DNA of 64,000 nucleotides from Candidatus Puniceispirillum sp. (GTDB lineage Bacteria > Pseudomonadota > Alphaproteobacteria > Puniceispirillales > Puniceispirillaceae): NCBI GenBank assembly GCA_049620845.1, contig JBMZPN010000001.1, positions 16,664-80,663 on the forward strand. Reading direction: 5' to 3'. The notes under the pieces are model-generated. The model was not told the origin of the DNA. It made no database searches and saw only the letters and a list, made by a program, of their open reading frames with translations. The number at the start of each line of letters is the position of its first letter. Position 1 is the first letter of the stretch. Position numbers and translations under genes: made by a program. Below, piece after piece: positions 39,381 through 50,679 of the stretch.

Positions 39381-39980
39381 ATGGCATTCACACTACCCGA
39401 CCTACCTTATGCGCATGATGCGTTAGCCGGACTTGGCATGAGCGCCGAAACCCTGGAATATCATCATGACCTTCACCACAACGCCTATGTTGTAAATGGC
39501 AATAAGCTGGTTGCTGGCACCGAGTGGGAGAACAAATCTCTCGAGGATATTATCACCGGTACATACCAGGCTGGTGCGGTAGCGCAGAACGGTATCTTCA
39601 ACAATGCGTCACAGCACTGGAATCACATGCAGTTCTGGCAGATGATGAGCCCAGGTAAAACAGCCATGCCATCCGAACTGGAAAAGGCTCTGGTTGAGAG
39701 CTTTGGCAGTGTTGATGCGTTCAATGACGAGTTCAAAGCCGCGGGCGCCGGACAATTTGGTTCGGGTTGGTGCTGGCTGGTCAAGAATGCAGATGGCGGT
39801 TTGCAAGTCACCAAGACCGAAAATGGCGTTAACCCGCTATGTTTTGGCCAGACCGCGTTGCTAGGCTGTGATGTATGGGAACATTCCTATTACATTGATT
39901 TCCGTAATAAGCGTCCGGATTATCTGTCGAATTTCCTCGATAATTTGGTCAATTGGGAATTTGTTGCGGCGCAACTCTAG
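39381..39980 (+). CDS. sodB: Superoxide dismutase [Fe]
   Basis: LPDLPYA, HHDLHH, NNASQHWNH, QFGSGW, DVWEHSYY; GGAGG RBS. Confidence 0.93.
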   Translation: MAFTLPDLPYAHDALAGLGMSAETLEYHHDLHHNAYVVNGNKLVAGTEWENKSLEDIITGTYQAGAVAQNGIFNNASQHWNHMQFWQMMSPGKTAMPSELEKALVESFGSVDAFNDEFKAAGAGQFGSGWCWLVKNADGGLQVTKTENGVNPLCFGQTALLGCDVWEHSYYIDFRNKRPDYLSNFLDNLVNWEFVAAQL

Positions 39981-40017
39981 CCCTGATTAGGTTACGCGTA
40001 ATAGCAAGCGACTAATG

Positions 40018-40046
40018 AACCCGTCAGCGTTGCTGGCGGGTTTTTC
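40018..40046 (+). terminator. Intrinsic terminator of sodB
   Basis: AACCCGTCAGC-GTT-GCTGGCGGGTT followed by a T-run. Confidence 0.8.
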
Positions 40047-40205
40047 ATTTAGCCAATAATTGATAATAATGAACTGATTTAGTCTTTTTTACGGCTGATT
40101 TTTGCCATATTTGATAGTTAGATTAATGCCTGTCGAAAGTCTGGTATTGGTGATGCCAGAGATCCAGTTTCATTAAACCACGCCGTATTGAACAAAGGAA
40201 ATATA

Positions 40206-40433
40206 ATGCTAGAACTTATTTTAGCTGCTGGGCTAGTGGCTACATTTTCATCAGATAGTGTCCAGGAATTCCGTAAGCATAGTAACGGTAACGCGGTCTA
40301 TGAATGGGCGGTGGTGACACCATGCCCGACTGGCATGCGTCAATCAGGTTTTGCACTGGCGCCGACAGGGGCTATTGTATTGAAACAGGTCAATCGCGAT
40401 GGCACGGTTGGTGAAGTCTGCGTACCCGAATGA
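40206..40433 (+). CDS. Small hypothetical protein (75 aa, hydrophobic N-terminus, 2 Cys)
   Basis: AAAGGAA RBS; fills the intergenic gap. Confidence 0.65.
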   Translation: MLELILAAGLVATFSSDSVQEFRKHSNGNAVYEWAVVTPCPTGMRQSGFALAPTGAIVLKQVNRDGTVGEVCVPE

Positions 40434-40448
40434 GCTTAGGCTTAAGGT

Positions 40449-41672
40449 CTAGTTCTTGCCGTCCTGGGTTAGCTTATTCACCCGCAGCCGAAGCGCGTTT
40501 AGACGGATAAAGCCGTGCGCATCGCTGTGATCGTAATCGACAGCACCTTCTTCAAAGGTTACCAGATCCGCATTGTAAAGCGAGTTAGGTGATTTGCGGC
40601 CTGTCACAATGACATTGCCTTTATAAAGCCGCACCCGCACAACGCCATTGACCAGATCACGACAGCTATCGATAGCCGCCTGTAGCATTTCACGCTCGGG
40701 CGAGAACCAGAAACCGTTATAGATCAATTCGGCATAGCGCGGCATCAGTTCGTCTTTCTGATGTGCGGCACCACGGTCAAGCGTGATTGATTCCATCGCC
40801 CGCCGCGCGGTCAGCAAAACAGTGCCGCCGGGTGTTTCGTAAACGCCGCGTGATTTCATGCCGACAAAGCGGTTTTCAACCATATCAAGCCGGCCAATAC
40901 CATTGGCACCGCCAAGCTCATTCAGCTTGGTCAGCAAGGTGGCTGGTGACATTTCAACCCCATCAATGGCAACCGGATCACCAGCTTTGAAGGTGATTTC
41001 GATTTCGGTGGCCTGATCTGGGGCGTCTTCGGGTGAAACAGTGCGCGAGAATACATATTCTTCGGGCGCAACCCACGGGTCTTCCAGTACCTTGCCTTCA
41101 GCCGAGATATGCAACAGATTGGCATCGACGCTAAATGGCGCTTCGCCGCGCTTGTCTTTCGGAATAGGAATCTGGTTCTGTTCGGCATAGGCGATCAGTT
41201 TCGTGCGCGAGCCAAGATCCCATTCACGCCATGGCGCGATCACTTTGATATCGGGCTGCTGGGCATAATAGGCAAGTTCGAAACGAACCTGATCATTACC
41301 CTTGCCTGTTGCGCCATGCGAGACAGCTTCGGCACCGACTTCGCGGGCGATTTCAATCTGGCGTTTGGCGATCAGGGGGCGCGCAATCGAGGTACCAAGA
41401 AGATAGCAGCCTTCATAAAGCGGATTAGCGCGAAACATGGGAAATACATAGTCGCGGACAAATTCTTCGCGCAAATCTTCGATATAGATCTGCTTGATGC
41501 CCAGAAGCTCGGCCTTGGCGCGTGCCGGCTCGATATCTTCACCCTGACCAATATCGGCAGTGAAGGTTACAACCTCTGCATTATAATGGTCTTGTAACCA
41601 ACGCAGGATGACCGATGTGTCCAAACCGCCAGAATAGGCGAGAACAACTTTTTTAATATTTTGCGTGCTCAT
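40449..41672 (-). CDS. argG: Argininosuccinate synthase
   Basis: [43 protein letters not shown]. Confidence 0.98.
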   Translation of the reverse strand: MSTQNIKKVVLAYSGGLDTSVILRWLQDHYNAEVVTFTADIGQGEDIEPARAKAELLGIKQIYIEDLREEFVRDYVFPMFRANPLYEGCYLLGTSIARPLIAKRQIEIAREVGAEAVSHGATGKGNDQVRFELAYYAQQPDIKVIAPWREWDLGSRTKLIAYAEQNQIPIPKDKRGEAPFSVDANLLHISAEGKVLEDPWVAPEEYVFSRTVSPEDAPDQATEIEITFKAGDPVAIDGVEMSPATLLTKLNELGGANGIGRLDMVENRFVGMKSRGVYETPGGTVLLTARRAMESITLDRGAAHQKDELMPRYAELIYNGFWFSPEREMLQAAIDSCRDLVNGVVRVRLYKGNVIVTGRKSPNSLYNADLVTFEEGAVDYDHSDAHGFIRLNALRLRVNKLTQDGKN

Positions 41673-41717
41673 GAGGCATGTCATAGCCGATAGATCGCCC
41701 TATCGCAACTGTATCTT

Positions 41718-44261
41718 CTAAACTTCGCGTAATAGAGGCCCAGGTTTATAGCCGAGGGTTTTGACCGCGCCAGCAAGACCTAGCAAGGCTGTTGCGCCTG
41801 CGCCTGCCAGCGTGGTGAAAAGCACCAGCATAATATCAAGCTCAAACTTTATATTCAGAATACGATCAACCAAACCATAGCTGGCTAGCGATCCGATGAT
41901 GGCGGCCGCAATACCTGCCAGAATACCCAGAAAGGCATATTCCAAAAACCATGCGATGCTGATCGATAGGCGGGTAGCACCAAGCACTTTCAGAATCACA
42001 CTGTCGGAAAGGCGTTGGGCTTCGGTACTGGCAACCGTACCAGCCAGAACGGCAATGCCAGCGACCAGCGTGACCAGTGCGGTGAGCTGGACAGCACCGC
42101 CAAGCAAACTAATGACACGCTGTGCCAGACTAACGGCTTCTTTGACCGAAACCGCCGATACATTCGAAAATTGACTGGTTATTGCGCGTTCAACAGCGGC
42201 GCTTGCATCATCATCAGTAGCGTCGGTTGTCGCGATCCAGCTATGAGGTGCCTTATCCAGCACCCCCGGTGTCAGTACGAACAGAAAATTGATGTTAAAG
42301 CTTTGCCATTCGATTTCGCGGAAATTAGCGATTGTTGCTGTCACATTGCGCCCTAGAACATTGACGCTGATGGTATCACCCAGAACCAGACCGAATTCGT
42401 CAGCTTCATCCTTGGCCATCGATACAAGTGGTTCCCCCTTATAATCGGCTGGCCACCATGCACCCTCGACAATATTGCTTCCTGTGGGCGGGGTGGCTGA
42501 CCATGTTAGGGCGCGATCGCCACGTAAAACCCATTCCGCGCTAGGTGGGGCAGCAATCTGTGATGACGGCACGCCGTTGAGAGCCGAAACGCGACCCCGC
42601 AACATAGGTGTCTTGGATATGTTGGAAATACCGGCAATGCTGCCAGCTGTCGTCTCAAACGCATCTATCTGGTGCGGCTGAATATCGATGAAAAACCACG
42701 CCGGCGCATCTTCGGCAACACGCGCATCGATTTGCCGGTTCAGATTTGCCTCGCTTACCGATACGGCGACCAGAACCGACAGGCCAAGGCCAAAGGCAAT
42801 GACCATCGAGCGTACCGGTGATCCGGGACGGGTAATGGCCGATAAAGCAAGGCGAACAGGAACCATATGCGGGGCTGGTACACGGCGCAGGACAAAAACC
42901 ATCGCATCGCCCAGTCCGGCAAGCAGAATCAATGACAGAATTGACCCGCCAATAAAGCTGATCGTCATAAGTAAATTGTTAGTCGCCAGAAAGGCAAGAA
43001 TGCTTAAAGCCAGAACGACCATGATGCTGATGCCCAGATAAAGTGGCTTGGGCAGACCGCCCGGCATATCATTCAGGCCACGGAACAGATGTGCGGCACG
43101 CACTTCCTGAGCTTTGGCAAGTGGCCATAAAGCGAACAGGAAAGACGTACCAATACCAAAACCGGCGGCAATCAGCAGGGGTTGCGGATAAATCGTTATA
43201 TCAAGCGGAACGGTCACATAGCTTGACAAAATATGGATGGCAAACAGAGGTGTAATCGCGCCTACAGCGACACCAGCAATGACGCCAAGCATCGCGATTG
43301 ACATGACCTGAAGAAGATAAACACGAAATATCAGCTTGGATGGTGCGCCAAGACATTTCAGCGTGGCGATAACCGGCATCCGGCTGATTAACCATGCGCG
43401 TACGGCACCAGCCACGCCAAGCCCGCCAATGAGCAAGGCTGTCAGACCAACAAGCACCAGAAAAATCTCGGCCTGATTGATAAATGTATCAAAGCCCGGG
43501 GCGGCATCAAGCAGGTTGCGGACACGGACATGGGTGTTTTGGGTGCGCGTTTGCAAGGCTTTTGTGGCGGCATCATTATCGACTGGATTATCAAGGGTCA
43601 GGCGTGTTTTGTAGCTGATGAAAGACCCCGGCTGTTGCAAGCCGGTTTTTGCAAGGGTGTCTTGTGAGATTAATATGCGCGGGCCAAAGCTGACAAAGCT
43701 GATCGACCGATCTGGCTCGGTCAGAAGCTTTCCCGCGATACGCACAGTCGTGTCACCAAGCCGTGCTTGATCGCCGATTTTCAGATCAAGCGCACGTAGC
43801 AAAGACGGGTCTGCCACAATGCCGCTATCTGCCAGTGCCACCGCCAATGATGGCGCGCCTTCAATTTCGGCGGTGCCAACCAATGGCCATTTATCATCGA
43901 CAGCTTTTAATTCGACAAGCTTGCGCAGGTCTGCACCCTGAAGCATGGCTCGCATCTGAACAACATGTGAAACGGTGCCATATGTTTTGGCCATGGAGAT
44001 GATCTCGGCGTCAGGCGGCGTGTGCCGACTGCTGAGTTCAATATCACCACCAAGTAAAACGCGCGCATTATTGGCAATGCCGTTACGCATGGAATCAGCA
44101 ACCGACCCGACCGTGCCGATGGCGGCGACGCCTAATAGCAAAGCGCCCAGAAACACCCTGAACCGGCGTAAGCTACCCTGCATCTCGCGGCGGGCAAAAC
44201 GCCATGCAAGTGTCCAGCTTGTTGCGCTATCTTCGATCAAGTGGTCTGTAGAAGGTGCCAT
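41718..44261 (-). CDS. YbbP-like FtsX-type ABC permease
   Basis: AWRFARRE, LLGGDIEL, IATLKCLGA, FFIDIQP, LKVLGA. Confidence 0.9.
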   Translation of the reverse strand: MAPSTDHLIEDSATSWTLAWRFARREMQGSLRRFRVFLGALLLGVAAIGTVGSVADSMRNGIANNARVLLGGDIELSSRHTPPDAEIISMAKTYGTVSHVVQMRAMLQGADLRKLVELKAVDDKWPLVGTAEIEGAPSLAVALADSGIVADPSLLRALDLKIGDQARLGDTTVRIAGKLLTEPDRSISFVSFGPRILISQDTLAKTGLQQPGSFISYKTRLTLDNPVDNDAATKALQTRTQNTHVRVRNLLDAAPGFDTFINQAEIFLVLVGLTALLIGGLGVAGAVRAWLISRMPVIATLKCLGAPSKLIFRVYLLQVMSIAMLGVIAGVAVGAITPLFAIHILSSYVTVPLDITIYPQPLLIAAGFGIGTSFLFALWPLAKAQEVRAAHLFRGLNDMPGGLPKPLYLGISIMVVLALSILAFLATNNLLMTISFIGGSILSLILLAGLGDAMVFVLRRVPAPHMVPVRLALSAITRPGSPVRSMVIAFGLGLSVLVAVSVSEANLNRQIDARVAEDAPAWFFIDIQPHQIDAFETTAGSIAGISNISKTPMLRGRVSALNGVPSSQIAAPPSAEWVLRGDRALTWSATPPTGSNIVEGAWWPADYKGEPLVSMAKDEADEFGLVLGDTISVNVLGRNVTATIANFREIEWQSFNINFLFVLTPGVLDKAPHSWIATTDATDDDASAAVERAITSQFSNVSAVSVKEAVSLAQRVISLLGGAVQLTALVTLVAGIAVLAGTVASTEAQRLSDSVILKVLGATRLSISIAWFLEYAFLGILAGIAAAIIGSLASYGLVDRILNIKFELDIMLVLFTTLAGAGATALLGLAGAVKTLGYKPGPLLREV

Positions 44262-44265
44262 GAGA

Positions 44266-44964
44266 TCAGCCTGACGCTTTCTGTTTGCTGTCGGCAGCAA
44301 GCTTTCCATCTTCAATATGAATGACGCGGTTGCAGCGTGCCGCGAGGTTCGCATCATGTGTTACCAGTACCAAGGCAGCACCAGCATTGGCGGCACTGTC
44401 AAACAGGGTTTTGATAACCTTTTCGCCCGTTGTGCTATCAAGGTTTCCGGTTGGCTCGTCAGCCAGTAAAATAGAGGGGTTTGGCGCAATCGCCCGTGCG
44501 ATGGCGACGCGTTGCTGTTCACCGCCTGACATCTGGTCTGGCAGGTGATGAAGCCGATGCCCAAGGCCGACTAATTCAAGCGCTGCGCTGGCGCGCGCTG
44601 TGGCATCCGGATCGCCTGCTAGTTCAAGCGGGATCGAAACATTCTGCAAGGCTGTCATTGATGCGATAAGGCGGAATGCCTGAAAAACGATGCCGACCTT
44701 ATCACGACGTAAAGCGGCCAAGGCATCTTCAGCCATGTTGGTAATATCATGATCGGCCAGGGCTATGGTGCCGCCAGTGACATTTTCCAATCCGGCCATG
44801 ACCATTAAAAGGCTTGTTTTGCCAGCGCCACTTGCCCCTAAAACGCCGACTGTTTCACCAGCCTCGATACTGAGATTTATGCCTTTTAACACATCAACCT
44901 GCTTGGGCTTGTCGCCAAAGCTGAGCTGTGCGTTGCTGAGGTCAATCACGGGCATGCTGGTCAT
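44266..44964 (-). CDS. YbbA-like ABC ATPase
   Basis: [28 protein letters not shown]; divergent from tesA as is usual. Confidence 0.92.
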   Translation of the reverse strand: MTSMPVIDLSNAQLSFGDKPKQVDVLKGINLSIEAGETVGVLGASGAGKTSLLMVMAGLENVTGGTIALADHDITNMAEDALAALRRDKVGIVFQAFRLIASMTALQNVSIPLELAGDPDATARASAALELVGLGHRLHHLPDQMSGGEQQRVAIARAIAPNPSILLADEPTGNLDSTTGEKVIKTLFDSAANAGAALVLVTHDANLAARCNRVIHIEDGKLAADSKQKASG

Positions 44965-45149
44965 AAAACATCCTTGGGCTTGTTCTGGTCAATCAGGTTC
45001 GTAATGATCTGGTTGGGCATAATGAACAGAGATTGTTTGCATTGCCATGTACGCATGCTCTGGACAATCATGCCATGAGTCCCCATCTCATGAATATTAG
45101 ATTTGCTATAAAGGCCTTGCGGCCAAACAGATTAAAACTGAATAAAGAT

Positions 45150-45827
45150 ATGGTGTCGGATTTGGGCTTTATCAATCGCTATTCGCGTTTTTTTTACCAG
45201 TCAGTAATGGTGCTTATACTCGTGGCTGGTTTCGCTGTCGGGCTGAAACAAACAGCGGCGGCAGATGATGCGCCGGTTCGTATTCTGGTACTGGGAGATT
45301 CGCTGGTGGCAGGCCATGGTCTGCCGCAAGGCAAAGCTTTCCCCGACATGTTGCAACAGGCACTTTTGCAGGATGGTGTTGCGGCATCAGTCATCAATGC
45401 AGGTGTGTCCGGTGATACAACAGCAGGCGGTTTGGCGCGGCTTGACTGGTCATTGGCCGACAATCCCGACGCGGCTATCATCGTGCTGGGGGGTAATGAT
45501 CTGCTTCGCGGACTTGAACCGGATGCTTCCTACCAGAATCTTGAGGCCATCATCGACCGGTTTAAAGCCGAGAACATGGCTGTGCTTCTGGCAGGTATGC
45601 AGGCACCGCGCAATTTTGGCACTGACTATGTCACGGCATTTGATCAGATTTACACACGGCTTGCGGCGCGCGGTGATGTTGTTTTCTATCCGTTTTTTCT
45701 TGATGGGGTGGCGATGGTGCCGGATTTGAACCTTGGCGACGGAATGCATCCAAATGAAGCAGGTATCAGCGAGATCACGCGGCGTATCATGCCGTCTGTA
45801 CAAGCGTTGCTTGCCAGAATTCCGTGA
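45150..45827 (+). CDS. tesA: Arylesterase / TesA-like GDSL hydrolase (start uncertain)
   Basis: LGDSLVAG, NAGVSGDTT.GG, LGGND, DGMHPN. Confidence 0.88.
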   Translation: MVSDLGFINRYSRFFYQSVMVLILVAGFAVGLKQTAAADDAPVRILVLGDSLVAGHGLPQGKAFPDMLQQALLQDGVAASVINAGVSGDTTAGGLARLDWSLADNPDAAIIVLGGNDLLRGLEPDASYQNLEAIIDRFKAENMAVLLAGMQAPRNFGTDYVTAFDQIYTRLAARGDVVFYPFFLDGVAMVPDLNLGDGMHPNEAGISEITRRIMPSVQALLARIP

Positions 45828-46097
45828 TCGATCACCAAAATAAACTATTAAATAATTTACTAGCTGTCCGGATGGCAAAGTGCCAGTTGGGGCTTTTTAG
45901 AGGATTGTTTCTAAAAATCTTTGCATCGCTCTGCTACCTGCCGTAAAACACACGGTAGAAATTGATGATTTGACATGCCTAATGGCGGCCTGTTGAAGAT
46001 CACTATTTTGCCATATTTGATTTGTTCAATTGGGCTGTGCAAATTAACAGGTTTCCTGACGGCTATGTTAACCAAGGTTATGGGGATATCGGAAAAG

Positions 46098-46637
46098 ATG
46101 AATAAAGGGACTAATCAATTTTTTAAGATGCTGTGGCTGGTGCCGTTCATAAGTTTATGTCTGACGGCTGTCACGCCATCAATGGCCGCATCAGAACCGA
46201 TTGAAATGCTGGTCTCAAAAGATTGGGGTGCCTATCGTTACAGCGATAATGGTGTCCGTGTTTGTTTTATCAGTAGTGCCCCGAAAAAAAGCGCTGGCAA
46301 ATATGACCCAGCGAACCGCGGTGAAACGCGTGTTTTCGTGTCTCACGGTCCTGGCAAGGCAGAGCGCAATGTTGTTCAGGTTATCGCCGGCTATAATTAC
46401 AAGAAACAGTCAGATGTCACGGTTAAGATCGACAAGCGCAAATTTACCCTGTTCACAATCGAAGATCGCGCCTATGCCGAAAGTGAAGAAGATGACGATG
46501 CAATGATCGCGGCAATGAAGCGTGGCACCAAGATGTCAATCATTGGCACATCCAGCCGTGGCACTGTTACTACAGATACCTATTCACTGGCCGGATTTAC
46601 CAAAACCAAATCGATTATAGACAAGACGTGCAAGTGA
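46098..46637 (+). CDS. Invasion-associated locus B (IalB) family exported protein
   Basis: DWGAY...VCF, AMKRG, SSRGT.T.DTYSL.GFT, terminal Cys; conserved position upstream of rlmN. Confidence 0.82.
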   Translation: MNKGTNQFFKMLWLVPFISLCLTAVTPSMAASEPIEMLVSKDWGAYRYSDNGVRVCFISSAPKKSAGKYDPANRGETRVFVSHGPGKAERNVVQVIAGYNYKKQSDVTVKIDKRKFTLFTIEDRAYAESEEDDDAMIAAMKRGTKMSIIGTSSRGTVTTDTYSLAGFTKTKSIIDKTCK

Positions 46638-47767
46638 CCGATCAAACCTTGCCCCCTGTTTCCGACGCTGACGAACGTATCAATTTACTTGGGCTTTCGC
46701 TGGCAACGCTCACAGAGCAAATCACCGCCGCTGGTCTGCCGAAATTTCGTGCCAAGCAGATTTGGCGCTGGGTGTGGCGGCATGGTCTGACAAATTTTGA
46801 TGAAATGTCTGATCTTGGCAAGCCAGTCCGCGCGCAGATGGCAAGCATGTATAAAATTGACCGCCCTGCCGTTTCGCAACGTCTGAATTCAAAAGATGGA
46901 ACGATAAAGTGGCTGTTGCGTTTCCCTGATGGCAACGAAGCCGAGGCGGTCTACATTCCCGACAAAACACGCGGTACGTTATGTATTTCATCTCAGGTTG
47001 GTTGTACGCTGACCTGTAGCTTTTGCCATACAGGAACGCAGAAGCTGGTGCGTAACCTGAAGGTGGATGAAATATGCGGTCAGGTGATGCTGGCAATGGA
47101 TGAACTGGCAGACTGGCCAGCTGGACGTGATGGCCGCCGGTTGACGAATATTGTTCTGATGGGCATGGGTGAACCGCTTTTCAATTATGATAATGTCGCC
47201 GAAGCCATGCGGATTATCATGAGCGGCGAAGGTGTTGCGCTGTCAAAGCGCCGGATCACATTATCGACATCGGGTGTGGTGCCTGAAATCAAACGCGCAG
47301 GCGAAGAGCTTGGCGTAAATCTGGCAATTTCACTTCATGCCACGCGTGACGAGTTGCGTGACGAACTGGTGCCGATCAACCGCAAATACAAGCTTGCCGA
47401 GCTGATCGAAGCCTGCCGCAATTATCCGGGGCTTTCAAATGCGCGCCGGATCACATGGGAATATGTGATGCTAGATGGCGTCAATGATAGTGATGAAGAT
47501 TGCCGTCAGCTTTTAGCTCTAATAAAGGGCATTCCGTCTAAACTGAATTTGATCCCATTCAACCCGTGGCCAGGTAGCCCTTTTGTCTGTTCCAAGGATG
47601 ACCGGATAGATGCCTTTGCAAAGCGGGTTCTCAAGGCAGGGTATGCGTCGCCAGTGCGAACGCCGCGTGGGCGTGACATTCTTGCCGCCTGTGGACAGTT
47701 GAAATCTGCATCCCAGCGGATTCCGCGTCAAAAAAAACCGAAAACAACGGCAACTGCATCAGCTTAA
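46634..47767 (+). CDS. rlmN: 23S rRNA m2A2503 / tRNA methyltransferase
   Basis: [44 protein letters not shown]. Confidence 0.97.
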   Translation: MTDQTLPPVSDADERINLLGLSLATLTEQITAAGLPKFRAKQIWRWVWRHGLTNFDEMSDLGKPVRAQMASMYKIDRPAVSQRLNSKDGTIKWLLRFPDGNEAEAVYIPDKTRGTLCISSQVGCTLTCSFCHTGTQKLVRNLKVDEICGQVMLAMDELADWPAGRDGRRLTNIVLMGMGEPLFNYDNVAEAMRIIMSGEGVALSKRRITLSTSGVVPEIKRAGEELGVNLAISLHATRDELRDELVPINRKYKLAELIEACRNYPGLSNARRITWEYVMLDGVNDSDEDCRQLLALIKGIPSKLNLIPFNPWPGSPFVCSKDDRIDAFAKRVLKAGYASPVRTPRGRDILAACGQLKSASQRIPRQKKPKTTATASA

Positions 47768-47834
47768 TATCTTGATAATAGCCGATCAGATGACTATCTT
47801 CTAAACACATTCTTACCATTTTGGGAGTAACAAA

Positions 47835-48554
47835 ATGCAAGACAACAGATTTATGAATACAGCCGCGGCGCAATCCGCGCAAATTGATACCGGACTGCGA
47901 AGCTATATGCTTGGTGTGTATAATCACATGACCACAGCATTATTGCTGACCGGCTTTTTTGCCTTCGCCATGAAATGGGCGGTCATGACGGTGCCGGCTG
48001 TTGGCCAGCTGGTTTATGGCACACCACTTAAGTGGGTTGTGATGCTGGCACCACTTGGCATGGTTTTCTGGCTTTCAGCGCGTATGAACGCGATGTCGGC
48101 GACCAAGGCAAGGAACATGTTCTATGTCTATGGCGCATTGATGGGGCTTTCGCTTGCTTCAATCCTGTTCGTTTATACCGGTGCTAGCGTGGCACGGGCT
48201 TTCTTTATCACGGCGGGTGCTTTTGCGGGTCTTAGCCTCTATGGCTATTCGACAAAGCGTAGCCTGTCTGCCATGGGATCATTTCTGATTATTGGCCTAT
48301 TCGGTCTGATTATCGCATCGGTGGTGAATATTTTCATGGCATCAACCCAGCTTGAATTTGTGATTTCAGTGGCAGGTGTGCTGATCTTTGCCGGTCTGAC
48401 GGCTTGGGATACACAGCGTATCAAGTCAATGTATATGGCTGGTGACAGCGCTGAAGAATCAAGCAAGAAATCTATTTTCGGTGCTTTGATGCTGTATCTC
48501 GATTTTATCAACATGTTCCTGTTTATCCTGCGTCTGTTCGGAAATCGCGAATAG
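47835..48554 (+). CDS. Bax inhibitor-1/YccA family membrane protein
   Basis: GLRSYMLGVYN.M, TAWDTQRIK, GALMLYLDFINMF. Confidence 0.93.
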   Translation: MQDNRFMNTAAAQSAQIDTGLRSYMLGVYNHMTTALLLTGFFAFAMKWAVMTVPAVGQLVYGTPLKWVVMLAPLGMVFWLSARMNAMSATKARNMFYVYGALMGLSLASILFVYTGASVARAFFITAGAFAGLSLYGYSTKRSLSAMGSFLIIGLFGLIIASVVNIFMASTQLEFVISVAGVLIFAGLTAWDTQRIKSMYMAGDSAEESSKKSIFGALMLYLDFINMFLFILRLFGNRE

Positions 48555-48577
48555 CCGTGATGGTAAATTGAATTATC

Positions 48578-48614
48578 ATGCGCCCGGCATCCTCAGATGT
48601 CGGGCGTATTTTAT
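48578..48614 (+). terminator. Intrinsic terminator
   Basis: ATGCGCCCGGCATC-CTCA-GATGTCGGGCGTAT followed by TTT. Confidence 0.75.
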
Positions 48615-48627
48615 TGAATAGGAGAAT

Positions 48628-49584
48628 ATGATGCCGGATCTTGATGCCGTTTTAAAACAGCATGCCGCAAAATCAGATATTGATGCTGACGTTGCGCGTG
48701 CGGTAGGCGGTTTGGCAAAAGCGGCGGCGACGATTTCCAGCCTGATCCGGACAGCTGATAAAGCCGCCAATCTTGGTGCGATCAAGGGCAGTGCAAATGC
48801 TGATGGCGACGATCAAAAGGCGCTTGATGTTCTGGCTGATGATGTGATTACGGCACAGTTGCGTGACGCCGGCGCGGCTATCTATCTGTCCGAAGAACAG
48901 GATGCACCAATTCCGCTAAATGATGAAGGTACATTGATTGTCGCAAGTGATCCGCTTGACGGATCATCAAACATTGACACGAATGTCTCGATAGGCACCA
49001 TTTTTTCGATTATGCCTGCCGCGGGGGGTGCTTTGCAAAGCGGGCGCAACCAGCTTGCCGCTGGCTTTTTTGTTTATGGGCCGCAGACAACCTTGCTGGT
49101 GACGCTGGGTGATGGTGTGCTGGTATTCCAGATGGATGATGATGGCCGCTTTTGCGATATGGGCTGGCAGGTTGTCATATCACCAGATACGCATGAATTT
49201 GGCATTAACGCGTCAAACCAGCGCCATTGGCATGCACCGGTGAAAGCCTATATTGATGATTGTCTTGATGGCCGTGATGGTGCATTAAAACAAAATTATA
49301 ATATGCGCTGGGTTGGTTCGCTGGTTGCTGATGCATGGCGCATTTTTCGACGTGGCGGGGTGTTTCTGTATCCGGCTGACCGGCGTGATGGCTATGCACA
49401 AGGTCGGTTGCGGCTGGTTTATGAAGCCAATCCGGTAGCGATGCTTGTTGAACAGGCAGGTGGCAAGGCGACCGATGGCACAGACAGCATTCTGGATATA
49501 GAGCCTAAAGATTTACACGAACGCGTTCCATTTATTTTTGGATCAATGAATGAAGTTGATGTAATAGTTGGTTATCATTCATAA
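48628..49584 (+). CDS. fbp: Class 1 fructose-1,6-bisphosphatase
   Basis: GDDQKALDV, SEE, DPLDGSSN, NMRWVGSLVAD, LRLVYEANP. Confidence 0.95.
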   Translation: MMPDLDAVLKQHAAKSDIDADVARAVGGLAKAAATISSLIRTADKAANLGAIKGSANADGDDQKALDVLADDVITAQLRDAGAAIYLSEEQDAPIPLNDEGTLIVASDPLDGSSNIDTNVSIGTIFSIMPAAGGALQSGRNQLAAGFFVYGPQTTLLVTLGDGVLVFQMDDDGRFCDMGWQVVISPDTHEFGINASNQRHWHAPVKAYIDDCLDGRDGALKQNYNMRWVGSLVADAWRIFRRGGVFLYPADRRDGYAQGRLRLVYEANPVAMLVEQAGGKATDGTDSILDIEPKDLHERVPFIFGSMNEVDVIVGYHS

Positions 49585-49612
49585 CCACTGAACCTAATCG
49601 GAGACTAAAAGA

Positions 49613-50674
49613 ATGCTGATTTCGCTTCGACAGCTTCTGGATGACGCCGCCGAACATGGCTATGGTGTTCCGGCTTTCAACATTAACAATATGGAACAGG
49701 GTCTGGCGATCCTGCAGGCGGCCGATAAAGTCGATGCCCCAGTCATCATTCAGGCAAGCCGAGGTGCACGTGCCTATGCTGGCGATATCATGTTGCAGGC
49801 GATGGTCAAGGCGCTGGCGGAAATGTATCCGCATATTCCGGTCTGTATGCATCAGGATCATGGTAATAATGAAGCAACCTGTATGACCGCCATCAAATAT
49901 GGTTTTACCTCGGTGATGATGGATGGCTCGCTGGAAGCCGATGCCAAGACACCAGCCAGCTATGAATATAATCTGGATATCACCCGCCGCGTTACCGAAA
50001 TGGCACATTACGCTGGTGCGTCGGTCGAAGGCGAACTGGGCGTGCTTGGCTCGCTAGAGACAGGCGAAGGTGAACAGGAAGACGGGCATGGCGCGACAGG
50101 CAAATTATCCGAAGACCAGCTATTGACCGATCCCGATCAGGCGGTGGATTTTGTAAAGCAAACCAAAGTCGATGCGCTGGCGATTGCCATGGGCACGAGC
50201 CATGGCGCCTATAAATTCAGCCGTCAGCCGGATGGCGATATTCTGGCGATGAATGTGGTTGAAGAAATCAACCGGCGGCTACCCAATATCCATCTGGTGA
50301 TGCATGGCTCTTCAAGCGTGCCGCAAGACTTACAGGATATTTTCAATGCGCATGGTGGCGAGATGCCGCAAACATGGGGTGTGCCTGTGGCCGAAATTGA
50401 GCGTGGTATCAAACATGGTGTGCGCAAGGTCAATATTGATACCGATTGCCGTCTGGCCATGCTAGGCGCGATGCGCAAGGTAACGACCGAAAACCGCGCT
50501 GAATTTGATCCGCGGAAAGTGCTGAAACCAGCCATGGAGGCAATGCGGGCATTATGTATTGACCGTTTTGAAAGGTTTGGTACAGCAGGCAATGCCTCGC
50601 GCATCAAGCCCATATCATTGGCGGACATGGCACAGCGTTATGCAGATAACAGTCTTGATCCGGTGATCGGATAG
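49613..50674 (+). CDS. fba: Class II fructose-bisphosphate aldolase
   Basis: [42 protein letters not shown]. Confidence 0.96.
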   Translation: MLISLRQLLDDAAEHGYGVPAFNINNMEQGLAILQAADKVDAPVIIQASRGARAYAGDIMLQAMVKALAEMYPHIPVCMHQDHGNNEATCMTAIKYGFTSVMMDGSLEADAKTPASYEYNLDITRRVTEMAHYAGASVEGELGVLGSLETGEGEQEDGHGATGKLSEDQLLTDPDQAVDFVKQTKVDALAIAMGTSHGAYKFSRQPDGDILAMNVVEEINRRLPNIHLVMHGSSSVPQDLQDIFNAHGGEMPQTWGVPVAEIERGIKHGVRKVNIDTDCRLAMLGAMRKVTTENRAEFDPRKVLKPAMEAMRALCIDRFERFGTAGNASRIKPISLADMAQRYADNSLDPVIG

Positions 50675-50679
50675 ATCGT

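Noticed and set aside
48628-50674. Evidence for carbon fixation
   Set aside because: No phosphoribulokinase or RuBisCO in the window.
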